DNA of 64,000 nucleotides from Balanoglossus misakiensis. Lineage: Eukaryota; Animalia; Hemichordata. This document shows, one piece after another, positions 61,428-64,000 of this stretch; the stretch's first letter is position 1; every line of letters begins with the position of its first letter. The notes beneath the pieces are model-generated. The model made no database searches. It was not told the origin of the DNA and saw nothing but the letters and a program-made list of their open reading frames with translations. Location of the stretch: positions 8,014,468 to 8,078,467 of the forward strand of contig CM082596.2 of the NCBI GenBank assembly GCA_040954595.2, read 5' to 3'. The translations under genes and the position numbers were made by a program.

Positions 61428-62281
61428 CACGGTTACTAGAAGAAGACGGTTAGGAAACTATTTTTTCTCCATTGTTAGATGCTCGCCTCGGTAAACACTT
61501 AGTGTAAACGAAAGATATCAGGTGCTAACGAGCCTGGCCATACGAATAAACAGACAGAATAACTGACCGCTCGGTCAAAATGACGTCATTACCCCTACAA
61601 TCCAAAGCAAACCATACTCATGTTTACGGAATTGCTTGCACGCACAGTACGTATACCACCAGATTTGAGGAAAACAGAACAGAGAGTGGATAATTTATAA
61701 AGTCACAGCACATTTATGACAATTTTGAACTTTCAAGGACATGATGAAGCCATACATTCTTTGTCTTGACTGTGCCCTAGAGATTCGATGCGAACCAAAA
61801 CAAACAAGATGGCCGCCAAAGGCTATATCTATAATGTTAACGACTGTATCGAAATGGGTATGCAATCTCAACGAAATATTCCAATTGGAATAAACGAAAT
61901 AGCCCATGCAATACAAAAAGGTGTAAAATATCTAAATATATTAAAAAAAAACAGAAATGCGACCATCAGGGTTGAATTCTAGGGGTTCAAAATTCGACGC
62001 TATTTGAATCCGGACTTTTAGTTAACCACCCAAGAAACAATGGTAGAGTGTCGCAAGCCCAACAGACTATGACCGTGCACTCCATAAGCCTATATGGAAC
62101 TCGTACAAAAAAAAGTGGCGCTGTACTCTGACGAAAAAGGGCAGATGAAGGGGTTCAAAAATTAACTACGTTCCCCAATACAACCCCACATAGCGGTTCG
62201 GACATGTACTCTCCTAGCTAACACCTCGTTCACACCTTCCGAACAATAGAGTTTCCTAACCGTCTTCTTCTAGTAACCGTG
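61428..62281. mobile_element. Non-autonomous P-element-like transposon (854 bp)
   Basis: Perfect 32-bp TIR cacggttactagaagaagacggttaggaaact; 7-bp TSD acctgta at 61421-61427 and 62282-62288; CA..TG termini. Confidence 0.8.
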
Positions 62282-64000
62282 ACCTGTACAATAAGCTGCA
62301 TTGTACGGGACACTGACATTACTATACCCCTTTTATGGAGGATCTGATCACATACCTGCACTTTTAAGACGTGTCTGAACTTTCTTTATTCCGTAGTTAA
62401 TGTAAGTTTATGTGATGTCGGCCACACCTGGTATCCTATCTCCAATAATGAAAAGACCAACAGAATAGCAGGGCTTATTGCAATAAGGAGGGCACCTCTG
62501 CTGTATAGATGGCCATTCTTTCTGTTCAAATACCATTCAGATTCATCAAAGTGAAATACTGTCAAAACATTCATCTTCATGAAAAAGATGGATTGAAAAA
62601 TCCACCCTAAGCTATTTGAAAGTGCTTGCTAATGGTGATAATAAGGAAAAATGTTTTTTTTTTTCTTCATACCCTGACCATCTGTCAAATAAAATTGCAT
62701 ATTATGTATATGGGGAACATGTACTTTTGAAGAAGAATTTAACATACACATTTTTCATACATGTAAACTAAAACAGAGTTGTGACATTAATCGTTTAGGG
62801 ATCAAAACTCTTTTTTTTAGAGAGGAATTTATCATTTTGAAACATAGCTCTCAAAGCTTCTACTTCAGTCTGTAAAAGGGCTCCTACTGAACGCTGTTCA
62901 TAAAGAATTTTGTCAAATACAATCCGATGTTGTTTCATGTCATTCTGGTATCAGACCAGTATTCTCATACATGTACACAGAAATGATGGAACAAAAAGGA
63001 AATTGCTTTAAGATTCTGTTTGCAAAAGCAAAACCATAACCAAGCCCTTAATACCTCTGTTCACCAAAATAATTTTTGCCATCTTGTTGTTCCAAACACA
63101 GAAGAACATGTGTTCTACATGTTTTCGCATTTGAAATGTTTTAACTCATTTCTCAAGGCAAAGGAACTACTGTGACAGAGACTAAGAATTCCCTTAGGTT
63201 CCCTTGGGTTTAAATTATTCTGACTGAACGACAGGCTATGATTGGACAATAAGGAGTCCATGTTATTTAAATTGTGATAGATAACCAATGACAGGAGGTA
63301 TTACAAAGGGAAATACCAGTACATGTACTTTAGTTGTTGCTACAAATGTAGAACTTAGTGTATTCTCTCATTCACAATCCCTTTAGCAACATGGGAATTT
63401 AAAAGGCAAAGGAATGATTTGTATACATGTAGTTAAACAGTTAGCAGCCATATATGCTGAACTGATTATTTTTCATTGTTTTTTCGAAATAGACAATCAT
63501 CAAGAATATGTATGCGTAAATTCAATGGCAAAAGTTAGGAATAGACTGGTCGTAACTATCCCACATGCGTATTTTTCATTTCAACAAAGAATACCTTCAC
63601 CTGCTCAAATCATAGAATATTCCTTCTAACTTTTCTGATTAATCCCCGGTCCAGAACTATTTTTATTTAACATCTTCCTGGGCAACAGACTAAACACAAA
63701 GCTCAGTTCAGTTTCAATTCCAAATCACCAATTTCACAAACATTGCAAACAATGGATTACAATAGTTAACTTCCCTCAAAAATAGTGTCACTCAAATGGC
63801 CAGCTACTTTAAGGGACTTGCTCCCTGCTCTACATTACCACAAAAGCAGTTGTTTGTCCGAGATCTCAAATTTCCTCTGAGAGGCTTGACAACAGATAGG
63901 ATTGAAGTGCGGACACACTGACCACTTGAACCAGTTTGCCTGCTACCGAACTGACCCATCAAAGCACGCCAAACATGGAAAATTCAGAGCTGGTTCAAAT

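Overview
Eukaryotic, AT-rich, intron-containing DNA. The transposon content and gene style suggest a marine invertebrate, possibly a deuterostome (inference). Two minus-strand genes are supported. (1) A complete 16-coding-exon gene (58452->41522, 6207 nt, 2068 aa by my manual splicing, all phases consistent) encodes an ITPRID2/SSFA2(KRAP)/TESPA1-family IP3-receptor-interacting protein. It has a probable GC-AG intron, an in-frame uORF and many RFX X-box-like palindromes inside coding exons. (2) The first, Ser-rich coding exon (21089->20756) of an unidentified gene has an intron that seems to fill bases 1-20755. Between the genes lie two large inverted-repeat structures. One is a 2.8-kb TIR element (7-bp TSD) with 63-bp subterminal arrays, a broken SAM-domain-like ORF and a self-nested Harbinger-type MITE. 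The other is a ~7.9-kb near-spacerless palindrome (about 28500-36400). Its arms are 87-bp satellite arrays, and its core carries inward-facing tRNA-like Pol III promoters with a compensatory base-pair change, CCAAT repeats and back-to-back T-run terminators. Many non-autonomous DNA transposons (Kolobok-, Tc1/mariner-, piggyBac-, hAT-, P-, Academ-like) are scattered throughout. No database searches were run; family assignments rest on recalled motifs and TIR/TSD rules.
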